Position numbers and translations under genes: made by a program
In this document: one piece after another, positions 9,217-19,857 of the stretch
Position numbering within the stretch: the first letter of the stretch is position 1
How the letters are laid out: the number at the start of each line of letters is the position of its first letter
Notes under the pieces: model-generated
Database searches by the model: none
Told to the model about the DNA's origin: nothing
What the model saw: only the letters and a program-made list of their open reading frames with translations
Virus record (IMG/VR): IMGVR_UViG_3300025921_000002
Location: 10,997 to 74,996 of that record
DNA length: 64,000 nt
From: a virus
Direction: 5' to 3' (one strand)

Positions 9217-9779
9217 GAGATAAGGCTACCCGTGAACGGATTGAAAGACTCAAGCAGGAGATTTTAGATTTAAAGGCGGAAGTTAAACGTTTAAAAACAA
9301 AGCCACACGGCCGCCCACGTAAGCCTGTTAAAGAAATAAGGCTAACCAAGAGCTTATCAACGTTGAAGCGAAAGATAAAAGAAGTACGGGAGCGTAAACC
9401 CCTTAAAATAGTCAAAGAGGTAGTTACCGATGCAAAGCTAATAGCTGACCTTAAAAAAGCAGAGCAGAAACTTGAAAATCAAGAAAAGTTCTATAAGTCA
9501 CGAGAAACAGAAATAGCTTGGAAAGCCGTAAAAGCATGGGAGAGATTAGCAGAGCAAAAAATCACTACATTTGATGAACTGCGCCTGCTGAACATGGAAG
9601 GTAACTTTTGGCTGCGTGACATAGGCATAAAAAGAGCGCAGTATTTAAAGTTTGCCAAGCCCTATTTGGAAGCTAACTATTTGAAGAAAAACGAAAAGGG
9701 TGGCAGTTATTACGTCACCTACTTTGGTAAGGAAAGATTACAGGAAATAATGAACCATATTTATAATGAAAGCATCTAA
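9213..9779 (+). CDS. coiled-coil protein with C-terminal winged-helix-like segment
   Basis: basic coiled coil; YLEANYLKK...YYVTYFGKERL wing motif; start at the ATGA overlap. Confidence 0.5.
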   Translation: MRDKATRERIERLKQEILDLKAEVKRLKTKPHGRPRKPVKEIRLTKSLSTLKRKIKEVRERKPLKIVKEVVTDAKLIADLKKAEQKLENQEKFYKSRETEIAWKAVKAWERLAEQKITTFDELRLLNMEGNFWLRDIGIKRAQYLKFAKPYLEANYLKKNEKGGSYYVTYFGKERLQEIMNHIYNESI

Positions 9780-10509
9780 AGGCACATACATCCTGTCAAT
9801 CATTGACCACAAGAGCGAGTACGACTTAGGTGGTGTTACTATTCAAATTGAAAAGCAATACGAAAACAACCTGCGGGAGCGCAACCCACAATTAGGAAAA
9901 GTTGAAGGACTACCCGATGATAACTGGTTGAGCCTTGAAATAGGCGATACCATAGCCGTAAACCACTTTACTTTTTACGGGGATATAGGAAAAGACAAAA
10001 GTTTCACCCTGAAAGACCATTTCGAAATAGACGAAGTAAAGTATTTCCCCGCAAAAGCAAACCAGATGTTTTTCAGGTATAATGACGGCATTCCCGAACC
10101 GTTTGACGAGTACGTGCTTTGTGACTACTTCGAGGACGAGTATGAGAAATTTGGCCTATACCTGACCAGAAAAGGCATACGATGCACCCACGGAGAATAT
10201 GCCGGACAGGAGGTCTACTGTCTTAAACACTCTATGTATGCTATTGAACTGGACAAGAAAGTATTCTACAAAGTCAGGAAAGACGAAATAGTGATGGTAG
10301 GCGAAGAATTAAGACCGGGATGGAATATTGTTCAGCCCTATCCTGAAACGTTCGTAGACATCATTGGATGGACTCCACCGAATAACCACAGGGCTAAGTG
10401 TATAAAAGGCGATTACGAAGGACAGGATATACAAGTGTTCCGAGGGCAAGGCGTAGAATATGAAGATTACAGGATTATAGACGAAGAAATGATATGTTTT
10501 GAACTATGA
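9766..10509 (+). CDS. GroES-like (co-chaperonin fold) protein
   Basis: GKVEGLP...LEIGDTIAVNH pattern, repeated sub-domains, position just upstream of terminase as in related phages. Confidence 0.5.
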   Translation: MKASKGTYILSIIDHKSEYDLGGVTIQIEKQYENNLRERNPQLGKVEGLPDDNWLSLEIGDTIAVNHFTFYGDIGKDKSFTLKDHFEIDEVKYFPAKANQMFFRYNDGIPEPFDEYVLCDYFEDEYEKFGLYLTRKGIRCTHGEYAGQEVYCLKHSMYAIELDKKVFYKVRKDEIVMVGEELRPGWNIVQPYPETFVDIIGWTPPNNHRAKCIKGDYEGQDIQVFRGQGVEYEDYRIIDEEMICFEL

Positions 10510-10916
10510 ACAGACCCGATTTAAAAAAAGCAGATAAATCCACTTTGGATTACATAGAATACCTTGAGGGGTGTTTGAATGGCGTTGACGAGCTTTCGTT
10601 AGCACTTCAATACGCTACCCATATCTTAGCAGGTGACATTTACAAGCTATGCGATGGTACTGGTATTGAAATGAAAGAAACCGATGAGGGCGTAGAGTAC
10701 ATCAACCACCTGTCAATCCTTAAGGGAAGCCCAAAAGACAAAACTTTTGACCAATTAATGGATGTTTTTACTAACTTCGGAAGTAAAATAATGGCTGTTA
10801 ACAAAAATAACAAGCCACAAGCCCAAGAAAAAGGCAAAATAGGTGTAAAACCGGGAGGAAACCCGTTTGAACACGTTATAACCGAGGTAAAAAGGAATGG
10901 CAATCCAAGAATTTGA
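10506..10916 (+). CDS. putative terminase small subunit
   Basis: small helical protein overlapping the TerL start; positional only. Confidence 0.4.
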   Translation: MNRPDLKKADKSTLDYIEYLEGCLNGVDELSLALQYATHILAGDIYKLCDGTGIEMKETDEGVEYINHLSILKGSPKDKTFDQLMDVFTNFGSKIMAVNKNNKPQAQEKGKIGVKPGGNPFEHVITEVKRNGNPRI

Positions 10917-12975
10917 TATTTATGAAGGGCTTATTTATAAAACGCCCGAAATCCCACCTATAGAATCAATTCGAGGCAGTCACTTACCTAAAGAAGACCA
11001 AGTTTGGTACAGGGACACCACCTATCTAAAATTCAATTGGAATGATAACCCCAAAAACGGCTCTGTTTGGTGGGAAGAACCCGAACCGGGTCAAATTGAA
11101 TGGTACTATGAAGAAATAAACCGAATCCTTAATGGCGAATGGATAATGATTAATGGCGTACCCACGTTCCTTAATCTATTCGCTTATTTTTACCATGCTT
11201 GGTTTGTTACGAAGGAAGGCGTATATCCTGAATACCGGGATACGTCACTATTGTTCTTTCGTTTTGTTGAATTGGTTTATGCCAACCCCAAATGCAGGGG
11301 TGGCAATACGATGAAGGGACGACGAAAAGGCGTTTCCACCATGTGCATGTCTATTATGCTTCAATTTGGTCTTATTAAGCAAAATACAGAACAGGGCATA
11401 ACATCTAAATCAGCCGTCGATGCCGAGAAAATTTTCAAGCTAATGCTTGTCAATGGCTATTCTAAATTGCCTAACTTTTTAAAGCCTCGTCTTAGCGGTA
11501 ATGATTTGCCTGTAAAGACCATGCACATAGTTAAACAGTCAGGCAAGGTTACAAAGGAAAGCCAAACAGGTGCAGAGAAAGAGGGACTAAATAATAAGAT
11601 AGAATGGAGAGCGCCGGGGCTAAACGTATTTGACGGTGACGGCTTATGGTGTTTGCTTCTGGATGAAATTTCCAAATGGGAAGACGTAAATTGCGATGAG
11701 TATTTAGAGATTGCATTGAATATAATCATTGCTGGAAGGAACATTGGAAGGATTATAGCCATTACGACTGTTAACAGGGGCGACAAGGGCGGAACGAGGT
11801 ATAAGATAGTTTGGGATAACTCAAGTCAGCTTAAAACAGATGATTTGGGGCAGACTAACAATAAATTATTTCGCTTATTTATGCCGGGTTACATGGGTGG
11901 CCGTGAGGGCGGATGGATTGATAAATATGGTAATTCAGTTTGGGACACACCGACACCTGAACAAACGGAATGGTTAAAGAACGACCCGAACACACTTGAC
12001 CCATATATCGGTTGTAAAGCCTATTGCGAACTACAACGAAAGTTAAAAGCTAACGACCCCGAAAAGCTACAGGAAGAAATACGAATGTTCCCCTTTAATC
12101 CAAAGGAAGTATTCGATAGCGCAAACAATCAATGTCATTTCAATACTACAGACTTAAATAACCAAAAGGAGCGTGTTTTAAGCCGTATAGAAGCAGCAAA
12201 TCCATACAGGATAGGATTATTCAAAAAAGATGACGCAAGCGGCAGAGTGGAGATAAGAGACTGTAAAGTAGACGACCCTAAAGGCTTCTATTGGTATTTC
12301 CTCGAAACGTTGGATAGGGATGAGTCAAATAAATGGGTTTGGCAGGGAGGGCAAAAAACCCCGAACAACACAGACTACGGTGCGGCAGGTGTCGATACGT
12401 TTTCTAATAGCGAAGCGACAGCCGAAAAAGGCTCTGATGCCGCAATAGTCATTCATAAAAGGTACAACGCTATCGAACCCGAAGAAAGTGGTATGCCCGT
12501 TGCTTTCGGAGTGGGTAGACCAAAGAATAAACTATTTTTCCACCAACAGTTATTTTGGGCTTTAGAGTACTACGGGATAAAAGCTCTTGTTGAACGTGCG
12601 CCTACGGACTGGTTTGACTATGCAAAAGACAATAAACTTTTAGGCTACCTGATTAAGACAAACCTTAAACTCAATGGGCAGGAAGTTTACGGCATAGCCC
12701 CGCAAGATAAAGAGGGTAGAGAGCAGCATTTAACAGAAATGGTTGAATGGGCAGATAATAATATCGAGAAGCTATGGTTTTTACGCATCATAGAAGATAT
12801 GTTTGAATTTAACGTAGATGAGCGAACGCTGTTTGATGGTTGCATGGCTTTTGGTTATGCACTAATGGGCTGTAAAGACAAATACAGGCGACCCGTTATC
12901 CCTGTTAACGAAGCACAAGTGGTAAGAATTTATAATTTACGTGAGAAATATGGAAAACCATCTTACGGGAGATAA
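10897..12975 (+). CDS. terL: terminase large subunit
   Basis: KGRRKGVS Walker A, LLLDEISKW Walker B, ITTV coupling motif, GVDTF..GSD RNase-H nuclease, FDGCMA; crAss-like type. Confidence 0.92.
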   Translation: MAIQEFDIYEGLIYKTPEIPPIESIRGSHLPKEDQVWYRDTTYLKFNWNDNPKNGSVWWEEPEPGQIEWYYEEINRILNGEWIMINGVPTFLNLFAYFYHAWFVTKEGVYPEYRDTSLLFFRFVELVYANPKCRGGNTMKGRRKGVSTMCMSIMLQFGLIKQNTEQGITSKSAVDAEKIFKLMLVNGYSKLPNFLKPRLSGNDLPVKTMHIVKQSGKVTKESQTGAEKEGLNNKIEWRAPGLNVFDGDGLWCLLLDEISKWEDVNCDEYLEIALNIIIAGRNIGRIIAITTVNRGDKGGTRYKIVWDNSSQLKTDDLGQTNNKLFRLFMPGYMGGREGGWIDKYGNSVWDTPTPEQTEWLKNDPNTLDPYIGCKAYCELQRKLKANDPEKLQEEIRMFPFNPKEVFDSANNQCHFNTTDLNNQKERVLSRIEAANPYRIGLFKKDDASGRVEIRDCKVDDPKGFYWYFLETLDRDESNKWVWQGGQKTPNNTDYGAAGVDTFSNSEATAEKGSDAAIVIHKRYNAIEPEESGMPVAFGVGRPKNKLFFHQQLFWALEYYGIKALVERAPTDWFDYAKDNKLLGYLIKTNLKLNGQEVYGIAPQDKEGREQHLTEMVEWADNNIEKLWFLRIIEDMFEFNVDERTLFDGCMAFGYALMGCKDKYRRPVIPVNEAQVVRIYNLREKYGKPSYGR

Positions 12976-13033
12976 TATCGAAAAATTTTCATTATTACAA
13001 AAAGTTATATAGATTTATATCCAAAATAAAAAG

Positions 13034-15469
13034 ATGGTTGATAATGGCACTTACACCAGAGGACAGTTTCCGAGTCCTTTGTTGCCCCGAAAAGAAATGG
13101 ATAAACCCGAAACAGGTCGGGCAGTAGGAAGTGCTATCTATCAAACATCTGTTCTCGGGAGCAATAGTTACTACTTCATAAGAAACCAACAATTCGCAGA
13201 AAATCGTGTTTTTGGAGCAGGTAAACAGCCATTTCAAACGTATCTTGACCTATTAGGAACAGACGGAAAAGTGTCCTACCTCAACCTGGACTTCCACCCG
13301 AGGCCAATAGCCCCCAAGTTTCGTGACATCCTAATCAACGACATCATGTCCCGTATGGAAAACGTGGACTGTACGGGTTTGTCGCTTGAAATACAGAAGC
13401 GCAAAGACATGAAAAAGACCGAAATGGCCTTTCAAATGGAGCATGGGGATTACTTACAGCAGATACAGCAAAGCGCAGGGGTACAATTAGCGCAAAAACA
13501 AGACTTCATCCCCGAAAACGAGGAAGAACTGGAACTTTGGGACAACCTAAAACCTAAAGAAAAAGAAGAACAGCTAATGGAATGGGGTATAGACTTCATT
13601 CTTTATAACAACGACTGGAACTCCATCAAAAAAGAAGTGACAGGTGACTTAGTTGACACAGGGTTAGGTGCGACACAGACTTACTTTGACGGGAGAAAAA
13701 GAATAAGGGTAAAAAGAGTAAGGCCGGAATACATGGTTTACGGCACAACCAACACGCTGAACTTTAGAAACGTAGCTTACATAGGGCATTTAGAAAGGCT
13801 TTCGATTACCGATGTGCGCTCTATGTACCCGAATACGCCTGAAAAAGACTTGTACAGGGCGGCTTACCAAAACCGGGGACTTTATGCCAACCCCGACCAA
13901 CTAACCGACTTTATTCAGGACTTTGAAATAGCCTACACCCGACCTTATGACAGTTGGCTCATAGATGTAATGTTCTATGAGTACAAAGTAATGAAAACTA
14001 TCAACTACGTCAAGGGAAAGGATAATAACGACAACCCAATTTTTGATCTGAACCGCAAAACAGACGGAAGCAACCCCAATAAAAAGACCTTTCAATTCCA
14101 AATACCAACCATCTATAAAGGCGCATGGATGATTGGCTCTGACACGATGCTTGCGTGGGGCGAAATGGAAAACCTGATAAGAAGCCGGGAAGATGTTGAA
14201 GATGTAAAGTTCTCCTATTCGCTTTACATGCTCAACAACAACGGGGATATGTTGCCTACTTCTCCAATGGAAATGATGCGCTCAAGCATTGTGCAGATGG
14301 ATTTGGCGATACTAAGGATGCAGAACGTTATAGCCTCAACCCCGCCTAACGGTATGAAGATGGACTTGGATGCCATTACCGAACTTGATTTGGGTAAAGG
14401 TATCGGTAAAGTCGGCCCACTCAAACTAAGGGAACTATGGATGCAGACAGGTGACGTTTACTACTCATCTTCTAAGATTTCAGGTGACAACGCCAACCGT
14501 AGTCCTATTGAGCAAAACATGAATGAGTTGGGGGATAAACTCAAACAGTACATCGAGGTATATAATTTTGAACTGAATTGTATTAGGGACTACTTAGGCA
14601 TAAACGAGGTAAAGGACGGCTCACAGGTCAACCCACGGATAGGGTTAGGGGTGATGCAAGGGCAACAAGCAGCCTCAAACTTGGCCACAGCACACATCTA
14701 CGGCGGGTGGGTGTCACTGATGACCGACACCTGCGAAGCAGCGGCGATACTCTTTTGGGATGCACTCAATACCCCAGAAACCAATGATATGTACATTAGG
14801 TTGCTCGGTAAGCAAAATGCCGACTTCTTGCTGTATAACAAGGAACTAACAAGGTCTAACTACCTGACTAAGATAAGCGTTAATATGTCCACGCAGGACA
14901 GGATGTGGCTCAATCAACAGATAGAAGTAGCATTGGCTCAAGGTAAGTTACAGTTAGAAGATGCTCTTATGGTCAATAAGTACGCAGCCTTTAACATTGA
15001 GTACGCCATACGTTACCTTTCCTTCATGGAGAAAAAGCGTACCCAAATGGCACAGCGTCAGCAAATGCAGTTAGCGCAGCAGCAACAGCAGGCTACCCAA
15101 AGCCAAGCTGATTCTTTAATGCAACAAAAACAACAAGCAGAAATTGATAAAGATAAGAGAGATGCAGCTAAGATTGAAAAAGAAGCTATTAATGACCATA
15201 AATTATTAATACAACAATTAATTAATGCTGCACTTTTAGAGCAGCAAAAAACCGGACAACCACTTCCGGATTATGTTCAATTAGCTATAAACGAACAGTT
15301 AAAAGGCAAAGTTTTAGAACAAGAGGCACAGATAGAAGCCCTTACTGACGCATTAGAAATACATGATTTACAAATGACGCAAAATATAATACAGCAACAA
15401 AGTCAACAGTCTCAATCACCGGAAGCAGTTAATCAACAACAGCAAGCGCCGGGGCAGCAAGCGGCTTAA
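13034..15469 (+). CDS. portal protein
   Basis: 811 aa directly after TerL; SYLNLDFHPRPIAPKF, IRDYLGINEVKDGS, Q-rich C-terminal coiled coil like crAss-type portals. Confidence 0.88.
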   Translation: MVDNGTYTRGQFPSPLLPRKEMDKPETGRAVGSAIYQTSVLGSNSYYFIRNQQFAENRVFGAGKQPFQTYLDLLGTDGKVSYLNLDFHPRPIAPKFRDILINDIMSRMENVDCTGLSLEIQKRKDMKKTEMAFQMEHGDYLQQIQQSAGVQLAQKQDFIPENEEELELWDNLKPKEKEEQLMEWGIDFILYNNDWNSIKKEVTGDLVDTGLGATQTYFDGRKRIRVKRVRPEYMVYGTTNTLNFRNVAYIGHLERLSITDVRSMYPNTPEKDLYRAAYQNRGLYANPDQLTDFIQDFEIAYTRPYDSWLIDVMFYEYKVMKTINYVKGKDNNDNPIFDLNRKTDGSNPNKKTFQFQIPTIYKGAWMIGSDTMLAWGEMENLIRSREDVEDVKFSYSLYMLNNNGDMLPTSPMEMMRSSIVQMDLAILRMQNVIASTPPNGMKMDLDAITELDLGKGIGKVGPLKLRELWMQTGDVYYSSSKISGDNANRSPIEQNMNELGDKLKQYIEVYNFELNCIRDYLGINEVKDGSQVNPRIGLGVMQGQQAASNLATAHIYGGWVSLMTDTCEAAAILFWDALNTPETNDMYIRLLGKQNADFLLYNKELTRSNYLTKISVNMSTQDRMWLNQQIEVALAQGKLQLEDALMVNKYAAFNIEYAIRYLSFMEKKRTQMAQRQQMQLAQQQQQATQSQADSLMQQKQQAEIDKDKRDAAKIEKEAINDHKLLIQQLINAALLEQQKTGQPLPDYVQLAINEQLKGKVLEQEAQIEALTDALEIHDLQMTQNIIQQQSQQSQSPEAVNQQQQAPGQQAA

Positions 15470-15974
15470 TTATATTTAAGTTTGCAAATTCTCCACGATA
15501 CTTAACCGCAGCGCTATTATATGCGAGAGCTGCTTTTTCTTCTATTTTAAATAACCCCAGATAAACATTTTTACCATCTATTCTAATTTGACTTCTCCAG
15601 CATGTGCTATTGGAAGATTTAAATTTGTAAACCCCCAAATATTGAGATGAAGAATTTCTCATGGATGTTCTATTTTGAGCGTTTTGAATGCGAGATGCTG
15701 CTCTCAAATTTTCAATCCTATCATTCCCGCAGTTTCTATCTATATGGTCGACGTTTTCAGGTAAGTAGCCGTAATGCCATAGGAAAATTATTCGGGAAGC
15801 AATAAACACTTTGCTATTTAAATATACTTTGCGCCTACGCTCGTGCCTTTTGGTGGAAAAATAACCCGCCTCATCACCGGGATTTTTCTTGTAATTACTA
15901 CTTATTATTTTCCAATAAAGGACTCCGTCTTTGTAATCAAATGTATTCCGTACCAGTTCTTGTGTAAGTTCCAT
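15429..15974 (-). CDS. HNH-AP2 homing endonuclease
   Basis: VDHIDRNCGNDRIENLRAA (HNH) plus SQYLGV...WRSQI...YLGLF..EEKAALAYNSAA (AP2). Confidence 0.9.
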   Translation of the reverse strand: MELTQELVRNTFDYKDGVLYWKIISSNYKKNPGDEAGYFSTKRHERRRKVYLNSKVFIASRIIFLWHYGYLPENVDHIDRNCGNDRIENLRAASRIQNAQNRTSMRNSSSQYLGVYKFKSSNSTCWRSQIRIDGKNVYLGLFKIEEKAALAYNSAAVKYRGEFANLNIIKPLAAPALAVVD

Positions 15975-15983
15975 AAAAATAAA

Positions 15984-16064
15984 AAAACCTATTAAGGGTT
16001 CAACCGATTGCGCCAGTCTCCCCCAAATAGGGTTTTAATGTTTTTGATGCGGAGCGCAATTCCG
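15984..16064 (-). ncRNA. candidate pseudoknotted leader RNA of the HNH-AP2 gene
   Basis: minus strand: hairpin CGGA-ATTGCGC-TCCG; stem AAACCCTATT/AATAGGTTTT enclosing GGGGGAGACTG-GCGCAAT-CGGTTGAACCC; TATATTTG promoter box upstream. Confidence 0.65.
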
Positions 16065-16108
16065 AATTACAATTCAAATATAAGTAATATCCTACTAATT
16101 TGCAATAG

Positions 16109-16291
16109 TTAACGTAAAGCCAAACTATGTCCATTAACAAACCAAAGTATAGCACCCAATATCACCAATAGGATAATAATGCCTTTAACAATGGTAGGAA
16201 TAGGCCAAATATACCGCTCGAATACCCAAAGTATGAGTGCGACAACCCCTAAGAATATCAGTAAGTAAAGAAGTTGTACGAGGATTTGCAT
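16109..16291 (-). CDS. small two-TM membrane protein
   Basis: two long hydrophobic helices separated by WPIP. Confidence 0.65.
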   Translation of the reverse strand: MQILVQLLYLLIFLGVVALILWVFERYIWPIPTIVKGIIILLVILGAILWFVNGHSLALR

Positions 16292-16370
16292 GGTGTGATA
16301 ACAAAAAATAATGTCAAAAGTTTGGACATTATTACTTTAAGTTATAGATTTATACAAAAATTGTCAAAAT

Positions 16371-17423
16371 ATGGCTTTGTCGCAACTTGAACAAGAATAC
16401 TACAACGACCTTTTAGCACCACCAATTGATGAAACAATACCACCCGCAGACGACACTCCGCCTGCCGATGATACCCCACCAGTTGACCCGCCAATAGATA
16501 CTCCACTTGCTGACGAAATACCGCCAGTCGATGAAGTTCCGCCCGTAGTAGTGACTCCACCAGTTGTTACACCGCCCGTAGATACGCCTTCGGTTTCAAC
16601 CAAAAAATACATCCCTCTCGAAGATGAGAAAACCATCTACGACACTTTAGCTAAAAAGTACGGGCATGAAAGAATGAAACCCGAAGAAAAGGCTTTAGCT
16701 TTTATAGCACAGCAAAATCCGGGTTTAGACGAAAACGAAATACTATTTATTGCGGCAAATGACTACGGTATAGGCGTTGACAAGATTAGCGACGAAGATT
16801 TAACCGACGAACAGATATTAAACCTTAAAAAACAGGAAATATCCCGTAAAAAGCTAATGTACCAAGCCGACCAATTCTTTAAAGAAGAAGCCGGAAAGGT
16901 AGAATTGCAGGGATATGACCCGCTTGACCTTGACCCTGACTATAAATCTTATCAGGAAAGGCAAATTCAGGCTCAAAAAGACGAAGAAGAACGCAGTAAG
17001 AAATTTAACGAAATATTAAACGATATCCAAACTACCGCCTCATCATTAGCGGAACATACAGAAAAGGTTGAAGTTGACATCGACGAAAGCAAGTTGCCTT
17101 TTGATTTAAACTTTAAACTGGACAAAACAAAACAAGATAAGCTGTCTGACTATGCACAACGGTATTCGCCGTCTGATGCAGAAGTTAGTCAATTCACAGA
17201 CCCGAAAACAGGCAAGTTCGACTATAAGGGTTACCTGACTTATCTTATTCCATCTGTATTTGCCCGTGAATTACTAAAAGCAGGCGTCAAGCAAGGCATC
17301 ACCACAGACCGCGAAAAATTCATCGAAAAGGAACTCAAAAATTCCACGTTAAGGAATAATGAGGCTTCCAAAGTAGTGGATAAGGAGTTTGATTTGGTTG
17401 ATGCGTGGACGTTTGGTAAATAA
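16371..17423 (+). CDS. putative capsid scaffolding/assembly protein
   Basis: acidic helical protein between portal and MCP; N-terminal PPADDT/PPVVT repeats. Confidence 0.65.
   Translation: MALSQLEQEYYNDLLAPPIDETIPPADDTPPADDTPPVDPPIDTPLADEIPPVDEVPPVVVTPPVVTPPVDTPSVSTKKYIPLEDEKTIYDTLAKKYGHERMKPEEKALAFIAQQNPGLDENEILFIAANDYGIGVDKISDEDLTDEQILNLKKQEISRKKLMYQADQFFKEEAGKVELQGYDPLDLDPDYKSYQERQIQAQKDEEERSKKFNEILNDIQTTASSLAEHTEKVEVDIDESKLPFDLNFKLDKTKQDKLSDYAQRYSPSDAEVSQFTDPKTGKFDYKGYLTYLIPSVFARELLKAGVKQGITTDREKFIEKELKNSTLRNNEASKVVDKEFDLVDAWTFGK
16416..16590 (+). repeat. degenerate 15-18 bp coding repeats (PPADDT / PPVDE / PPVVT)
   Basis: visible in DNA and in the translation. Confidence 0.7.
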
Positions 17424-17458
17424 TTAACAAAAAACGTCGAACTTAACAACTTAAAAAA

Positions 17459-18817
17459 ATGGCATACAACAACACAGGCCAGAACCCATCACAGGTTTCT
17501 TTAGCCAATATTAATTATCAGTACGAATCTGATTTATCTATGCTCGTACCGCGCGCATACCCAAAATTCATTAACCAATTCCCGTCTTTAGCATCTAAAA
17601 ACTACATCGTGATGCGTGAAGGACAGGGCGATATGGTTTACACAGACAACAAGACCTTTTACTTCTGGACTAAAAAAGGAAAGAACGTTCCGTCATTCAA
17701 GGTATCAACTTTGGTAGCTCCCGGCACACCGTCAGGAACCATCACTTGCTCTACCGCTTATCAGTATGACAGCAACACTCTTTCCCCTTTTGGTAACGGT
17801 TGGTATTTCTATAACGATAGCACAGGTCAAACTATTCAGTTGACCAACGTGGTAAATTCAGGCGGTGTTACTACTGCTACCGCCACCACAACTGACGGGA
17901 GCAACCTTTCTATCGCTACTACTGACCTGATGATATTTGACGCTACGGTAGTAGGTGAGGCTTCCGGTTCACAGACCACAATGGCAACCATTGACGTAAA
18001 GAACACCAACTATTGCGATACCATCAAAAGTACGCAGACCTTTACCGACTGGTCGTTATTCGAGCGTTTGGACATCCCTAACAATCCCGCAGGTTTCGAT
18101 AAAATCCGCTACCGCCAACAGGCAGATGAGCGTGATCGGTTCCTTTATCAGCAGGAACGTTTGCTGATGTTCAACAAGCCTATCACCAACATCACCGGGG
18201 TAACCGCACAGCACACAGGCTTATTGCCACAAGTGCAGTTAGGCGGTCAGACTGACACGACCTCAACCATCGTTAATCAGGCTTACTTCGACAACTGGCG
18301 CAGGCTTATCGACGCACAGGGTTATTCAATGGAGTACGATGCTTTGCTAAACGTAGAGCTTCGTATGAAGTGGGAAAACTTTATACAGTCAACCTATAAC
18401 AATGGTTCGATTGTGTATTTGGATTCACCTGCTTTCACCCACGGCCCTGCCGATTTGAACAGGAACTTCCAAGCCTACAACTTCCACGGGATTAAATTGA
18501 ACTTTATGACCTACGATTACTTCTCAAGCGCCAACATTGCCGGACAAGTTCCGAACTCTGGCTTGTGGAACAACGCCGTATTGTTCATTCCAAGAGGTGA
18601 GGGTATTGACCCTGCTACCAACGTAAACGTACCACGTTTCAGCGTAAGGTGGCAAGGTGTTGACGAAGGTTCAAGTGCTATCAAACTTCGTTTGACTGGC
18701 GGTCTTGCACCTATCGCAACAGACGACATCGAACACTTAGTTGTATCAACTGTAACCACAAAAGGTTTGCAGGCATTTGGTATCAACGGCTACATGTTCG
18801 GTCAGTTAGCTGCATAA
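17459..18817 (+). CDS. major capsid protein
   Basis: 452 aa, position after scaffold, codon usage of a highly expressed gene, TGLLPQV and GLQAFGIN motifs, terminator follows. Confidence 0.85.
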   Translation: MAYNNTGQNPSQVSLANINYQYESDLSMLVPRAYPKFINQFPSLASKNYIVMREGQGDMVYTDNKTFYFWTKKGKNVPSFKVSTLVAPGTPSGTITCSTAYQYDSNTLSPFGNGWYFYNDSTGQTIQLTNVVNSGGVTTATATTTDGSNLSIATTDLMIFDATVVGEASGSQTTMATIDVKNTNYCDTIKSTQTFTDWSLFERLDIPNNPAGFDKIRYRQQADERDRFLYQQERLLMFNKPITNITGVTAQHTGLLPQVQLGGQTDTTSTIVNQAYFDNWRRLIDAQGYSMEYDALLNVELRMKWENFIQSTYNNGSIVYLDSPAFTHGPADLNRNFQAYNFHGIKLNFMTYDYFSSANIAGQVPNSGLWNNAVLFIPRGEGIDPATNVNVPRFSVRWQGVDEGSSAIKLRLTGGLAPIATDDIEHLVVSTVTTKGLQAFGINGYMFGQLAA

Positions 18818-18821
18818 TATT

Positions 18822-18856
18822 AAGGGGGCGGGAATTAACTTGCCCCCTAATTTTTA
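18822..18856 (+). terminator. rho-independent terminator after MCP
   Basis: AGGGGGCGGG-aattaa-CTTGCCCCCT followed by aatttt. Confidence 0.7.
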
Positions 18857-18860
18857 TAAC

Positions 18861-19730
18861 ATGAATGATTTAGCACTCAAGCCCGTAATGGGCAGACCAA
18901 AAAAAGAAAACGTTCCGGTAGAAAAAAAGGAAGAAAGGCTTGTTGACGTAGGTTTTGAGATAGACCCTGAAAAGGACTATATCTTTGAAACCATTAAAAA
19001 GTCGCCAAACCCACGCCACGAAGTATTAGCTTCTACCTGCCGGATATTTGACACCGAAGAAAAGAGGTACAGGGATATTATCTACATTCCTACCGCCCCA
19101 TCCATCTTTAAAGAGGATTTGGACGAAAGCTGGGATGCTATACCCTCACCGCCACTATTCTTTTACCGCGACCAACTGATTATACACGGTCAGGATAAAA
19201 GAGGCATGGAGTATGTGATGATGCACTCTGACTACGAGTTCAGCCCTTTTAAAGTGTCGGGCAGGCAACCTAAGTTTACTTTAGTAGACAAAGAAGTGCA
19301 GGAAAAGATAAAGGCCAAAATACACGAGGCGCAGTTTAAGGCGCAGGAAGCCATTAAAAAACTTCCTATTGAAGATTTACGCCCTATCGCAAGAGTGGTG
19401 TTTGGCGTAACTGAAATAGCCGATACAGCCATTGTGAATAAAATGAATGAAATCGCCAAATCAGACAAAAAAGGAACAGGGAAACTTCCGGCAGAACAAA
19501 TACTGGAAAATATCGGAAACCCTGAACTGGTAAGGCGCTACAATATACAGTCAGGCATAGACAACGGTTTAGTATTTATTGACACGAATACAAGTCAGGC
19601 AAGGTTCAGAGAAAACAACGTGTTTATCCTGCAACTAAAAAGCCGCGACTACGTGAAGGAACTGGTGGACTTCTCCAACACAGGCGAGGGCATGGAGTTT
19701 TATAACCAGTTGAAAAAGAAAATGAATTAA
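18861..19730 (+). CDS. conserved crAss-like protein downstream of MCP
   Basis: synteny; start moved to ATG 18861. Confidence 0.65.
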   Translation: MNDLALKPVMGRPKKENVPVEKKEERLVDVGFEIDPEKDYIFETIKKSPNPRHEVLASTCRIFDTEEKRYRDIIYIPTAPSIFKEDLDESWDAIPSPPLFFYRDQLIIHGQDKRGMEYVMMHSDYEFSPFKVSGRQPKFTLVDKEVQEKIKAKIHEAQFKAQEAIKKLPIEDLRPIARVVFGVTEIADTAIVNKMNEIAKSDKKGTGKLPAEQILENIGNPELVRRYNIQSGIDNGLVFIDTNTSQARFRENNVFILQLKSRDYVKELVDFSNTGEGMEFYNQLKKKMN

Positions 19731-19780
19731 AATCTCCCTCCTCAAAGGGACTAATTTCATAGGTTTATAGGTTTAGGTTA

Positions 19781-19818
19781 GAGTGATAAGCTGCGAGAGT
19801 TTGTCACTTTATTTTTTT
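19781..19818 (+). terminator. terminator-like hairpin
   Basis: GAGTGATAAGCT-gcga-GAGTTTGTCACTTT plus T-run. Confidence 0.55.
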
Positions 19819-19857
19819 ATATTTACAATGAGAATTTGGTTTTAGAGTGGTTAATGG

